Shown: piece after piece, positions 26,776 to 40,800 of the stretch
How positions within the stretch are numbered: position 1 is the stretch's first letter
Layout of the letters: each line of letters opens with the position of its first letter
Assembly (NCBI GenBank): GCA_011109175.1
Contig: RDEW01000021.1
Span: forward strand, 135,080-199,079
Direction: 5' to 3'
From: Dicyema japonicum
Taxonomy: Eukaryota > Animalia > Dicyemida
Length of the DNA: 64,000 nucleotides
Notes under the pieces: generated by a model
Database searches by the model: none
Told to the model about the DNA's origin: nothing
The model's input: the letters and a program-made list of their open reading frames with translations, nothing else
Position numbers and translations under genes: made by a program

Positions 26776-27064
26776 TTTTATTGAGTTCCTAAACAAATAA
26801 TTATACCAGGTGTGATGACGTTTAACCTTAATGTTGAGGAAGTCATCACCATGGATGTTCAAAGTGGAATGTTTCAAAAGCTATAACACAAAGGAATCCT
26901 TTCCATTTTGTGATCACTGACCTGCTGATTTTATCATTTATAATTCAGACCATCAGTTCTGGATTTACTAGAAACTGAATTCACTTAATTAGTTTGACTT
27001 GACATTTCTTTATCGGTGAACTTGGGATTAAAAGGAATATTTTTTGCAAAAATAAAAAAACCTA

Positions 27065-27340
27065 AGGATTATTTATTAATTCCGGATACTCCGAGAAAGA
27101 AGTTAAAGTAAACAACTAATTAAGTGTATCCACTTTCCACTTCTACAGAAAGAGTCCGTTCGGAATTAACATAAATGGAAAAAGACGTCCATACTTTGCA
27201 GCTGTGGAAACCTCTCCAGTGGAAAGGGGAGAGCAAATGATCCTATTTTCATGCCGGCCTGGCACTGGGCGCCACCTAGACAGGTGGACCATATAACGTT
27301 ACTCTAATAGGGAGAGAGAGGAGGAACAGACGAACAAACA
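27065..27340 (-). mobile_element. 5'-truncated LINE 3' end (GGATAC hairpin subfamily)
   Basis: Homologous to 61435-61700 and to 64-130; ends in GGATAC..GTATCC hairpin and TAA-rich tail. Confidence 0.6.
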
Positions 27341-27709
27341 GAAACTTCAATTAATTAACACGAAGCACCACATGGCGCCACGTGGTTAATTTAAGGATAG
27401 GACTATACATTTCATCTCGCACGCTCAGATAAATTTATTTTTCTGTAATCATAATAAAATAATAATTCTTAAATTTTTTATATGTATTTTTTAATGATTA
27501 GAATAAAATAAAGTGGTGATCTTCGTGAGACGAGATGGCTCAAGGAGAGGCTCTCGTTGGCTGTTGTCCGTGGGAATAGCTTGTGCATCTCCCAACAGCT
27601 GAATTAAAATTAACTATTCTTTTCCTTTTTCCTTATAAAATATTAATAATAAACACCTTAAAAAAAATAAAAAATAAAGTTAAATTTTAAGATTTTAAAA
27701 ATTTATTTT

Positions 27710-28110
27710 GTAGGCATTTTATAATTGCGAGACATGGGCTTGTCAAAACAGGCTATGGAGAGTACTATCAGCTTTCACTGCATAATGCTCCGGAAAGCAC
27801 TCAATATACGATATAATATGAAGATCAATAACGCAAAATATATAAATTATGTAACACAGAACCAATATCGTTGGAAATCCGAAGATTGAGGTTTAGCCTG
27901 TTCGGTCACATTTTGAGGATGGACTTGGACGTACCACTAAATCGTGTGATGGAGGAATATTTTATGGAACAAGGAAAATTATTCCGAGGAAGGCCCAGGA
28001 TAACTTTACCATTTGTGTTAAATGAAGACTTAAAAGGCGTCAGAAAACTAAAAACGACCGACGATCGAGATGAACTAAGAGAACTTGCGAAAAAAGACCC
28101 TTAATATGGA
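27710..28110 (+). mobile_element. RTE 3' remnant
   Basis: ORF 27871-28104 (LFGHILRMDLDVP..FRGRPRITLP) matches the C-termini of both RTE copies. Confidence 0.85.
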
Positions 28111-29199
28111 CACTATACTCATCACCCCATTTTAAGACCCTTAATTCGGCCAATCTACGTCAATATCATAAAAATCTGTTTTTATTGCCAAAATATATGT
28201 ATTCATTTTAGCTCTTCTAGGCAGATTAAACGCCAAACCTCCACCACCTTGATTCAATTGAACATACTACATTGAGCCTTCACTTTACCCTGAGATCACT
28301 TATCTTCAATAAACGACGGAGGATCAAATCGATGTCTCCGACGATAGAAGATTTAATATCTGTCTGAGATAAATAAAAAAATTGACAATCTTTTCTAAAA
28401 CACAATATTTTTGGAAACCCTAAAAAAGATTCACTCAGGACAGACAATCTTCTTAGTCTCTTATGCCACGGTCTCTCTAACAACAATAATGGTAATTCTG
28501 AAACCATGCCGACTTGTTGTGCATCACTGCGGAATAATAAGCCACATTTTACCACAAATTTGCCTATTCCTCCAATTTAGCTCAATTTTACTCAATTCAT
28601 GACTGTAATAATCGCAAACCTCCATGACTAACATTTATTGGCTCAAATGGTATTAACAAAGCGTTCGACACCACATCAAGACGTACTGAGCAAGATCTTG
28701 GACAAACCTGAATACGTACTCCTTTTAATTGACCCCTCCACCGTGATGTGTCGATCAATTCTGAGGTTCTCCAAAGACATTTTAATAATATTTCCTCTTG
28801 GTTGGATCTCTCTGGATCTCAATTTCTCGGTCCTTCCCTAACCAAGTCATCTTTAACCTTCTTGACTACTGACTTTGCTCCAACTTTCATTCTTCAAATA
28901 TCAATAACTACTTGGCTTGATCTCCGATACTTGTCTGTCATCTTCGAAAAACGTCTCATGAGAAAAAATTAAAGTTAAACTTTTTCATGATCATCGTACA
29001 ATTTTTCTATAAATTTAAAACTCTGGACCATCAAAAATTATAGCATTCTGTAAATACCAAAGGATCAGATTAACTTTGGTATTTCTTCCGTTTGTTCAAA
29101 ACTTCAGATTTCAGATGTCTCATTAGTCCGGCACCTGCTCATGAGAAGAAATAAGACAAGGGCTTTCATCCACCATGAAGCTAAGTATACATTTCGTCC

Positions 29200-29980
29200 A
29201 TCTTTATAAAGAGTCATAGTTAGCCAAGTTGTTAGTTGGTCGGATAGTTGAGGTACATTGTTCTTGCGACGAGAGACTCTAACTATGAGAAGGCAGGGAT
29301 GAAACTTCAAAGTTGTACGTTGGAACATTGGCTCATATCAAATCGACTGGAAGTTTCTACAGGAAAGTCATTTATAACAATTTTCTCCACATATAGAAGA
29401 TCATTATACTCTCCCAAAATCAAATTATTTTCCTATGAATAAATTTCCAACAATACTGGGATTAAAGTTGGATACTTTCCTGACATTCGGGCAACACGTC
29501 TATGACGTTATTACAAAGGTCAGGATGAGGACCAACATATTGAAAATTTTGTCCCGAGCACCAATCGGGCGAACACCTTCTTACCACAGAAAATTTACAG
29601 ACAATACATACTGCCAGTAATCAAATACGCATGTCACTCCTGGAGCTCGATGATTTCTGAATCGTCGTCTCAAAAATTAGAAGCCGCACAAAATAATAAA
29701 TGAGAAAATTGGATAACGTATTGAATGTTAAAGAACACCTAAGGTAGAGTGAAGTCACTTCTACAGTGGGCAATAAAAACCGGCTGTCCGCTTTCACTCT
29801 ATATCTGACTATCTAGAAAATGCGGGGAATCTATGGAGAATGAGACCGTCCCTGTTTTTACCAATTCTGTTGGATCTTCGAGGACCCCGAACGAGAGCCA
29901 GAACCCGTAAAACCGGGATCACTTAGTTAGTAGTTAACTTTAAACTTTTTCTAATCCGGTGATCTTGGGGTAAAAAAAGT
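29200..29980 (+). mobile_element. LINE 3' part (2A-LINE group)
   Basis: PTILGLKLDTFLTFGQH..NILKIL, YACHSW; family 3' hairpin at 29912-29975. Confidence 0.75.
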
Positions 29981-30400
29981 TGAGGTAGTGACGAATCTTA
30001 ACTTTCACAAATTGTCATTCTCGTGAGTATGGATGAGGTGACGGACTCGAGAGACATTGGAAACGTATGATCCGGGTCTAGTATACCCCAAATTGATAGA
30101 ATCTAGAGGATCTTCAATAAAGCTGGACAGATTGGATGGTGATGATATGATCTGGACAATTCATTTAAGGCAGTTATAAACAAATCGCTTTACAACTTTA
30201 ATCAAAGACATTCCCTTGACCTAAATGTATCCTCAGGTAGTAAAGTCATTCCATCAGTTTTTTATGTTTTTGAAGTCCTAGGAGATTTTTCCAATACAAA
30301 AGTGATACATTAACCTGATATGCCATATAATCAATGCCTTCGATGACACGTGACGTAATCAACACATTATCTAAATACACATCGCTCTCTGCCACTACCA

Positions 30401-33400
30401 ATGCGTCATTCAAACATTGAGGAGTTGTACAAACGATACACAACAACTCTCAGGAGTGAGGACTTGAATAACAGAATTTCCGATACTAACGGATGCCAGT
30501 CTAAGAGTACATTGCGATCAGATTTTTCCGATAAACATGGCATCCCAGTGAGAGCATATTCTGTCTCATCCTCATATAACAAGTCATCACTAAATTCCAG
30601 TGAAAAACGAGTCTCTGGGAAGGAAATTAACCTGCAGTCATCCGTGGCCACCTCTGTGACTCAAACAAATCTAAATTGTAATACGACGAGTAATATTTCC
30701 CCCAACATTCATTCGGAACATGAGATCACCCAAAAAGCGAGTCCATTGAAATATGGGAGAGGATTTTTAAAATTGTGGATTTTATAAGAAAATCGGGTAC
30801 ATCAAATGAACTGAAAAAAAGTGTTGACGAACTGAAAATTATTTTGAGGCATCTCAAAGTTCAATGCGGGACGAAACTCGCTGACTCTCACCGAATTACT
30901 AAAAGTGGGAGAAAAGTAAGCGCATTACTCGAAACGATCACCAAACGCAAATCGAATTCAAAAATAACCTCACAAAACAGCAATCCATCCAAACTCGAGT
31001 CTTCAGGGAGAATGGATCAAACCCGCCATGTGAAAAAGGAGGATATTGAACTACATCAGGTTGTACCCGTCTGTAATGTGGTTACCCTGTAATCTACGTC
31101 GATGACGTTACATTTTTGATAATGTGCTGGGATAGACCGTATTTATTAAACTTGCATCGTGCTTGTTAATATTTTGTTGTTTATACGTATTTTACGCTTT
31201 CTTGCATTATTTCTTGCTTTTATTATTCATTTTAGAAACCAATGAGCCAGAATGAGAAGACCACAGCGAACGAGTCTGAGTAAATTAGATTATTTTAATT
31301 TAAAGTCGTAGGTTAGTACCAGATAACGTGGAAGTGGGTAGCAACTTTATCATCAAAAGTTCCCACCTAAATCGAATGATGGATAATCCTCACAGAAAGC
31401 CCAGTAAAGAGTATTTCTGTTATTTGCATGTTAGAGTGAGTACGAGGGATACTCCAACCAATGAAGAGAAGCAAGTGGATGACTTTGTAGTGAAGAGTTC
31501 GCAGATGAACAAAGTAATTGGAAATCCCCAAGGAAAAGATACGAATGTTAAATTTATTCAAAAAATGATAGAAAAGGTCTTTAAATAATTAATTTATAGT
31601 CTGAAACAGATGAGAATGAACGAACCCTCGATTATCCCCAAAGTTGCCATTTGACTCAATTTTAGACAAAGAAATCTCCAAAATTGAAGACCAACGTAGA
31701 AATACGAGTATATTTGTGAATGACGGGAATTTTAGTAGAAGAGTTAAGCCCGGGCATTGCAAAGTCCTTCGAGTCGGGGTACGAGTCAAATATGGAGGAA
31801 AAGTTGATGATCTTGTTAATCCCTAGAAGTCCAAATATGGAGTTTCTATTCGAAAATATTGACAATTCTTTGAGGTTTTAATATTTTAGTATTCACAGCA
31901 GTCTCGATCACTTTTCCAGCGAAAAGTCATCAAAAGAGGTTGAATAGCAAAATTATTGCAGAACACGTTTAACAGTGAAATAAGCAGTACTTTGAAGAGA
32001 TTCATTTCTCTCGACAGTGAGCTCACCAATGACGACCCTACTCCCCCCGTCGATAGAAAACGAGAATCTAAAGTAGAAGAACTGAAAAGGAAACCATTCT
32101 ACATTACCATTGAACAAGGGATCAAATTGGACTTCAACGATCTTAGTGACCCAGAATTACCAGATGGGGTCGTCAAGATTGAAAATATACAGAAACAGCA
32201 GATATCTCGATCTGGCACGTGTACTCCTCCGCCTCCCCCACCTATGGGACTACATCGAGAAAACTCTTTAAATCTTTCCCAGCAAAACACAATCCGACTC
32301 CATTGGATGGAAGCCAAGAAGAAGTCGGTTTACAAAACGTGACAAAGCTCACAATCTGGAGTTTCATAAAAAACGACATTCCAATTGACAAAAACGTGAT
32401 CCTGAATTTGTTCAAAATAAAGGAAACTGAGAACCTAAAGGTGATCACTTATTATTACTCCAAGAATATGAAGGGGACTGCCAAGAAATGCATACTTCCA
32501 GAGAAACGAGCTCACGTGCTTAATATTGAACTGACCAGATTTCCCCCAAATGATCTAATAAAAAGTGCCATTTTGAAAATGGACAACAAAATACTGAATA
32601 AAGACAACGTGGAGCAAATGTCGAATAAACTGATGCCCTCAGAGGAAGAACTGAATCTCATAAGGGCACGAAAGAGAAGCATCCAAACATTCTCCTGGGG
32701 ACAGCCGAGGAGTTTATATATTGTTTATCCACCATTCCTGACTTCAAGGAACGTCTCCAAGTTTGGCATTTTATATTGGATTTTCCTCATGCAAAGAAGG
32801 TGGTTGGTTTAATCAAGTTTAAGGACTTGGCTGAGGCCTTTTACGAATTCAAGTTAGGAATGCAGCAATTACAAAAGTCAGAGACCTTCAAAAGTGTCCT
32901 CGAGGTTATCCTGTCCATCGGAAACATCATCAACGTGAGAAAGGTAGGCTTAGTGATTATTGGGCAGTCAGAAGGATTCAATTTAGTTTATTTGTCAAAA
33001 GTAATGGACGTTAAAGACACACAGAACAAGCAGACTTTAATCTACCACGTGTGTGAGATTTTATACCAGCGATATGGGAGTAATAAGATCACAAATCTTC
33101 ACTCTGAGATTCCCTCAATCGTCAGATCATGCTCGGTGAGGACAACGTGTTTTATTTAAAGACAAAATGGGACCAAATCCCCGGAAGACTTAGAGAGCTC
33201 GAAAAAAGGTGCAAATCCTGCCAGGAATGCTCCAAACTGATCGAATCTACCAAATATCCGTTACCAGAAAGGTACTAGACTGTCCTAAATGTAGAAAACG
33301 ATCGATCCTCGATAAATCGTACGAAGAAGTGCTGCAGCTGCAAATAGTGTATGAGAGATTGATTTTGAGGTATATTATCGGCGAAACTGATTAGATTTGA

Positions 33401-33716
33401 AAATTTTTTGCATTTTTACACATTTAGCGGAGATGATTTGCCCTCTTTAGTGATTGAAAGATTTTGCAAAATCATAACCGACTTTTCCCTGGAATTTCTG
33501 AATTCTTGGGAGTCTCTTTTGGTTAAAAAACGAACAAAGGAACGGATCATAAGAAAGAAATTGGCTGATCCGAAGTTTGCGTCTCTTCCAAGTAACAAGA
33601 GCACAACTGAAGACTCCGACTTGCTGAACATCCTTTCAGATCACAGTCGAAACAACTCACAGATGGTCAGAAGACGTAAATTTAGTAATAGAGGTTTCAT
33701 GTGGGATTCACTATAG
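30401..33716 (+). CDS. FHOD: FHOD-type formin 1 (FH1+FH2); 5' end uncertain
   Basis: PPPPPP FH1, TIRLHWME, LELTRFP, ILSIGNIIN..GFNLVYLSKVMDVKDTQNKQTLIYHVC; micro-introns; some frame breaks. Confidence 0.8.
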
Positions 33717-33989
33717 TGGACAGTACTGATGCTACAAGTATGATAGACAGCTGTGTGCGGAAGTTCAACTCAAATAGCATGTATTCCCAATCCTTTGATA
33801 TACAGGGTACTTGAATTGCATAATTGGTAGATAGAAAGACGGAGGCAACCAGACGTGATCGAAAACTGTGAATATGTAATTTTAATTGATTAAATAATAA
33901 TATTTTTGCTTGTAAGGATTTTATCGGATTTCTGTGGTTAATTTAAATCAACCGCAACTATATTTAAGTTGTGTCCCGTTGTTGTCTTG

Positions 33990-36900
33990 ATGGAGGATAT
34001 CCGTAGTTACAGGGAGGACATACAGGACACTGAAAATTTGAAATCTCTCCGATTTTATGTAAACACAAATGATTTGGTGTTAAATCACCTGAATGTAATT
34101 TGTCAAAAGTTCCGCCTCCCTTTTACAGTTTAAATCATAAATATTTTCGAGAATAATGAATTGGAGGTCTATTTGTGTGGAGGTGAGATAAAAGTGGATC
34201 CTTCAACCGACTCGATCGCTGGGAAACTGAAAACTCTTAATATTAGCTTAAAGTATGCGAATAAGATTATGTCCCCTAGCCAAGATGTAGAACTTTTAGT
34301 AATCCCTGAACTGAGCGCCCGAATAAACCATTTTCTGAGTTAAATCATTGGTTACTCGTAGATTCTTCAGTAAATGTCCCCTTCGAACTGTTACGAAAGA
34401 AGATATCATCCTTTTATCGCTTCTTTAAGGTATTCAAGGTGAACACGTTAGAACGGACGAATATGCAAAAGATTTTGTGAAATGGACGGGATTGAGCACC
34501 TTTTAAAGGCAGCCAATAGTTTGGAGCCTCACATGTACAACAGCATCATGAGTGGTATTTTATGACATAATTCAGTGTTCGGAATAATTTTGAAATATGG
34601 TCACGTCATCTATTTTCTGGAAAATGAGAAATCTCTTGAATTTTTCCACCACTGTCTCGAATCAGGGGTACTGGCTTGCTGACTTGTAGCTCACTTCGTT
34701 GGTTTTGCAGAGCATTACCTTGCTGATGATAATACTAAAAGACGACCCCATGAAGAATTCAAAGATTTTGTGCCAGGCTTCTTTTAGACACGCCAAGAGT
34801 AAGAATTATGCTTTATTCAGACTCGAGGACCAAACCATTTGCAGTGTTCGCTGACCTTCTGAGATTGCACGATGTGAGCATTATCCATGAAACAGTGAAT
34901 TATATTAACAAAGTACATTCGATTGGCTCATCAAGTTACTCATTCTGTCATCTTCACAACACCTAATCGATGGACTTAATGAGGTGAGGTACATTGACGG
35001 TTTGAAAGTCATCCAATCTAAGTTCTCGGATTCTCATGACCTGATATTTCTTGTGGATGAATGTGAGGTATCCCGCTTGGTTAAGATTTAGAATTTGCTC
35101 TCCTGCAGTCAGATTATAATTGAGCAGAACAAGGTGGACCTTTTTTATTAGCTTAGCTCGAAGTGAGCAAAGAAAGACACATTCAACCAACGCAAACTAT
35201 CAAAAGTCGCCGCCAGGAACACATTAAAGAGAAGGAGGAACTCAATGCCAACATTGAAGAGAAAAAGGACGAGATTTTGTGGATAAGAGAAGGCAAAGAA
35301 TAGACAAATACGATGATAATGAGAAAGAAAAGAAGCACTAAGAAAAATGGTCTTTAGGAGTCAAGAAACCAGGGAACCCAGCAAAGTCGATGTTGGAACG
35401 AAGGAAAAGGAAGTCGACAAAATCGAGAATAAAAGACTGGGAATACAAAATACCAGTAAAAGGGACAATTTAGGAAAGGACAATGTTTCTGGGGATGAGA
35501 TGATTTCTATAAAAGTTGACCTCCGAGGTGGAGAAAAGGCTAAAAAGGTAAATGAAATAACACATTAAAGAATATTCCCGTATTCTTTATGAAGCAGTCA
35601 AAACGCAATGAGTTTGAAAACCAAAACTTAAGGACTGTTGATAATAAACCTGAGACTGAAAAATCTGACATCATGCGTCAATCTCAGGTCCATTTTGGGA
35701 GACAATCTCTTCAAGACGATTTGAAAAAATGCAAGTAAAAAACCTCACTAAACTTATAAGGGAAATTGTTATACCCCCTAGTAAATTTGGGTCTCAGCCA
35801 AATATTTACAAATTTGAAGACCAACCGCCTCCAAAATTTTCGAGTGACATTAAAAGTGGTTCTCAAGCTAATATCTCCAAATTTGAAGACAAAACTCCTC
35901 AGAGATTTTCTAGTGGCATAAAGGGCAGGTAGAGATTCGAATAAATTGTAAGGGAAAGTGTTCTCACTAAAAGTGGTTCTCAGGCAAATATTTCCAATTT
36001 TGAAGACAAAACTCCTCAGAGATTTTCTAGTGGCATAAAGGGCAGGTAGAGATTCGAATAAATTGTAAGGGAAAGTGTTCTCACTAAAAGTGGTTCTCAG
36101 GCAAATATTTCCAATTTTGAAGACAAAACGCCTCAGAGATTTTCTAGTGGCATAAAGGGCAGGTAGAGATTCGAATAAAGTTGTAAGGGAAAGTGTTCCT
36201 ACTAAAAGTGGTTCTCAAGCAAATATTTCCATGTGTAAACCTGAAGGCTTTTCAACGTTTATTAAATCAGGCCAAGAAAAACCAGATTTATTTCAAATTC
36301 AAAGAGCAAAAAGCAATCCGGATATAACTGAGGGCACAATGACGAAAAGTCATGTTACAAAAATAGCCGATAAATGGCTCAAGTCAATCAAAGATAAAGA
36401 AAAATCAGAAGCCAAAACATTCGAAAGGACGACTAAAAGAGCTCAACCTTCCGATAAGATATTAGGGTTTCAAAGCAGATTTAATCAAGCAAGGTATGCC
36501 GGTTAAGATAAACTTAGGGACACTGGAAAGGACGATAGGAAAAATGATCCTCTCATAACCGACCAATCGAGGAGGTTGGTAGAGAGTGGAGTTAGAAAAT
36601 TCGACCCAAAGTTACCCTATATATTTAAATACAAAGCAAGTCCAAGAGTAGATCTGATAAGGTATCTCATCTTTTATCGGAGTTGGAGAGAAATGATAAG
36701 TTCACGTAATGATATAGTGCTGATAATACTAGGGAGATAAGGGAGAAGGAAAACGAACAAAACAAGTTTTCCTCTGATGGAATGGGAAGGAAGAAGGATC
36801 AATTTTCTATTCCTTCCATAATTGACTGCCGATGGAGAGTAGATAGTGTAAAGTCGGTGGGGGATGAGAAATCGAGTATGATTAAATGTTGAATTAAGAT

Positions 36901-38395
36901 TTTATGCCAAACAAGACTTCCAAGGCAAGGGACAAATGTCTCGAGAGGGGGGATATAACAAAATCTCGGGTTTCTCTGATCCCAAATATGAGACCAAAAT
37001 GATTCGCAGTGCATCCACCCCCTGTATTAGTAAAGGTAGTGTTAGTAGGAGTAACTGAAGGATTCGGAGATATACCTCCTCCTCCCCCACCACTACAACA
37101 GCCTAAAAGAAAATCATTATCGGAGATAGTAAAGCAAACGAAAGAGGAGGGGGATAAAACCAAGGTTTATTGGAATCCCGTGTCTCCAACAATGGTGGGT
37201 AAGAAGGATTCAGTATGGAGTCTGATAAAGGATGACTCTCTGGAAATAAACGGGGAAGAAATGGAGAAGCTGTTTAAAAGTGTCCCCGTCTCCGCTACAG
37301 GCGTAATTTGTTGATTCGAAGTTATCAGTAGGAGTCGATCCGTCGTGAAAAAGTGACGCACGTGTTACCATATAAAAGGATCCTTCAGCTAAACGTCGTC
37401 CTGTTCAATTTCCCAAAGGTTGAGGTGATAAAACGGGCAATTCTAAATATGGGAGATCGAGAAGTCAGTAAAGATCACGTGGAAGTAGAATTTATGTTGA
37501 ATTCCTAAAGATTCTCCACAATATTCTACTCCCGAGTGTCAAAGAAGAACAAATATTAAAGGAGTCGGCCAACCAGCAGCTGGATCCGAGTGAGAAGTAC
37601 CTCCTTTCGTTGTTAGAATTGGGGATGGTGCGAGAAAGGGTTGAGCTGTGGTCCTTTGCGACGTTCTACAATAACGAGGAATTTGTGACTAAACTTTGTA
37701 ACGTTTAGGAGATTACCGGGGCACTGGATGCCTTGGAAAAGGCGACAAATGAAATCAAATCCTCGAAGACTTTTCGATTCATTTTATCGGCCACACTCAA
37801 AGTGGGAAATATCCTCAACTCACAACAGGTAGACGTGATGACTTATTTTAAGCTGGAAGGGTTCCAGTTAGATTTCTTGTCTGAACTAAGCACAATAAAG
37901 GACAAAGTTCAGAAGCAACCCCTTCTATTGCACGTGTGCAATGCGGTTACGAAACAATACAAGGGAAGTACAAACCTGGTAGATGAGATCCCTTCGATTC
38001 CCTTAGTTTTGAGGGTACATACACATGTAATTTCCTAGGAGGACTGGAATGAAATTAAATGCAGAATCAAAAACCTGACCTCCAAATTTGAACTATGTCA
38101 AAGACACTACGACATCCTCAAAAAGTCCCCACGTCCTCCCCCAAACATGTAGCTCAGTCTGGTCACCGTAGGGTTAAAGTATTGATGAGTTCATGCCTTG
38201 ATAAGATCAACGACTTGGAGTGTATATACAAGAAAGTAATGGAGAAGTAAATGTTGAAATAATGGTAGATTCCACGACTGTATGGTATTTTTTGGAGTGC
38301 CACCATCAAAGGCCGATCACGTGCAACATTATGTAGAATTGCTGCATAAATTTTCGTTGGAATATAAGTGCGTCTACGATAAAATAATGATTTAA
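33990..38395 (+). CDS. FHOD: FHOD-type formin 2 (GBD/FH3-like N-terminus, repeat linker, FH1, FH2)
   Basis: N-terminal ELSARINHFL..ELLRKKISS..KDFV..GGIEHLL resembles FHOD GBD/FH3. FH1 PPPPPP, KTKVYWNP..SVW, ILSATLKVGNILN..GFQLDFLSELSTIKDKVQKQPLLLHVC. Confidence 0.75.
35770..36232 (+). repeat. 117-bp tandem repeat (93-nt exon + 24-nt intron), about 4 units, inside formin 2
   Basis: AAAAGTGGTTCTC recurs at 35852, 35969, 36086 and 36204; introns at 35929-35952, 36046-36069 and 36163-36187. Confidence 0.9.
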
Positions 38396-38638
38396 TTCTG
38401 AATATTTAAATAAATTATTATAAATTTAATAAAGCAGGCATGATAAGGCAGACATTGAGGGATACAAACCACAACCACATTGTTAATAACTGATTTGGTA
38501 GCAGAATGTCTCATATTATCAGAAATTCAATTGTTGTTAATAATGTCGCATAAATCGATCTAAATTTCTATTATTAATTAATAAATTCACCAATAAATAA
38601 ATTAGAAAAATAAAAAATATAAAAAAGTTAGGAGTGGG

Positions 38639-39624
38639 TTAGTAAGGAGGCTCCTTCTGAAATGGTTTATGTGTGTCCCTTCCTGGCATAGAGTGAATCT
38701 TCTGCCAACATTCCTTACAGAAGTACTGAATACAGGGATAGTGTGGACAGAAATACGGGCCCGACTTGTTTCCGCATTCATCGCATACTGAGTCGTCGAG
38801 AACGTATGGCTTAATTTCGACTCTTTTGCTGATTTCCCCCAACTGTATATGAGCAAATCGGGAAGTGATGGCGCCAATGTAGCTTGTATGCTCTAGGAAG
38901 GCCACTCTTGCGGCTCCTTTTGGGTAATGCAACTCAGAATCCGTGTCAATTCCAGCATAACATACATTTCCAAACTGTTCGTTCAAAAGAATAGCCAATT
39001 CCACTGATTTGAGAGGTCGCGGGACTCCTCCCACGAATATTGTGAGCCTCGTCTTGACATCATCAACGTTGTTAAGGATACAGTTTGTATCGTCCAGTCT
39101 CCATGGTCTAATTTGGACCTTTAATGTGATTATAGTGTATACCGCTTTGTTGTGACAAGTTGGACTACAAACTCGCCAAAAGAGCTTCCCCTGACTCCTA
39201 AAACATGAGGCAGTGAGCATTAGGACAGAATCGTCGTCTTCAAAGAGAAGGAAGCAATAGCCTGGAATAATTAGCAATTGGTACCTTTGGGAGGGAAATG
39301 AGATTTACTCTCCTTTTTGTGGGGCCAGTCAATGGAATGCTCCCCAAATCGAGAGAATGCACCGATTATTTCCTCTAAGAATGTCGGTGGGGATATACCT
39401 TCATCAATGTCTGGAGGGAGACCACCAACAAAGACTTTTCTTGAAAAATCCTGCGAACAGTCCTGAGAATAACGAATAGAAAAGACCTTTTCCCCATACC
39501 GACGAAACTGCAATTTCTTTTCTTCCTCAACGAATTCACAGACCCTCGTGCAGTCACTATCAGAAGTAACCACCTCCTCTGCCACATAATTAGTTTCCTC
39601 ACAGTTGGAAATACATGTTGTCAT
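38639..39624 (-). CDS. CPEB: CPEB2-4/Orb2-type RNA-binding protein (2 RRM + ZZ finger)
   Basis: SRKVFVGGLPPDIDE, DWPHK..FPPKGY, VQIRPW, TIFVGGVPRPLK, YAGIDTD..YPKGAARVAF, RVEIKPYVLDD..CDEC..FC..C.QYFC..CW..IH. Introns of 24, 23 and 24 nt. Confidence 0.95.
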
Positions 39625-39779
39625 TGTGCGTTTTCTGAACCAGGCCTATTTATTATTATTTTTACGTACGTATGGATTTTTCTATTAAATTTAAGCTTCC
39701 AACCAACCTTAATAATATTTTTAAATTAACGTAAAAATATGTATTTATTCAAAAGTAATTTCCCTATTTGACAGTCATC

Positions 39780-40800
39780 ACTACCTTCCTCTCACACATG
39801 CTTCCTTAAATCTCCTGAACGATATCGATTACGTTGTCATATCAATATTGAAAATCCAATCCCCGACATACCAATTGACTAATGGCTCACCAGCTGTTAT
39901 ATCGATCGCGTCTGTTCTCTCTAATCTATCCGCAATACGTCCAAAGGACTTGCAATCTCAGTTTCCTTAACCACAATTATTATCACTAATTTATTTTTAT
40001 GCTTCATAATAATTCAACCTCTAACATATGCGCATATTAATCATTATCAGATACTAGCAACATTATTTGGTTACTGCGTATACCCATCACGCCTAGACAG
40101 GTTCTGCCAGGCAACACAATCAGACAAAAGTGCGACCACACCATATTTATTAAAAATCAACAAATCCCCGAGATGAGGACAGTATTTTATCGACGTTTTT
40201 CTTTGCCTTACTAAAGATACTGTGTCGGTCTAAGTGGCGGTTCATTCCCAAGGTAGATACGATTGTCCTAGAATTCGAGAAAGGCTGCCATTATATTTAA
40301 GGAATAACCCCCAATAGCTTCTTTGGAACGGAATTGATGTCCGTGGTGTTATTAATACGCATTCTCAGTTCCTCAAAGTAGTTAATGTATTTATCCACGT
40401 GCTCTTCAACTTTGTAAATTGGGTCACCGTACAGAGGGTAGACAACCGACGGTTTGAGAGAGTACACCAAAAAGAGAACAGTGAGGAAGGACAGGTAACA
40501 CTTTGGGCAAGGATAACCAAGTGATGAAAACTCCTCCCCCACGAAAATGGAGCGTTCTTTTTTAAATAAGTAAATATTTGAATCAAGATAAATTTCTTTC
40601 AAGAAAGACCACGTTGTAGCCGAGAAGAAACCAGATATATTGCCATCATTGCAATCTCCGTAGGTGGCTTTGAATTAGTAAGAAAATACCTGGAAGATTA
40701 ATCTTTATTTTATCAGCACGTGGGTCGGTTTGGTAGATTTTGGAAATTCTAATTAGGGGAAAAGTTAACTTGGTGGTAATATCGCGAAGATTTTTCATAT
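39780..40800 (-). CDS. Hypothetical spliced gene (possible membrane protein)
   Basis: ORF 40297-40602 with hydrophobic YLSFLTVLFLVYSL, plus micro-intron-like GT..AG segments; not recognised. Confidence 0.35.
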
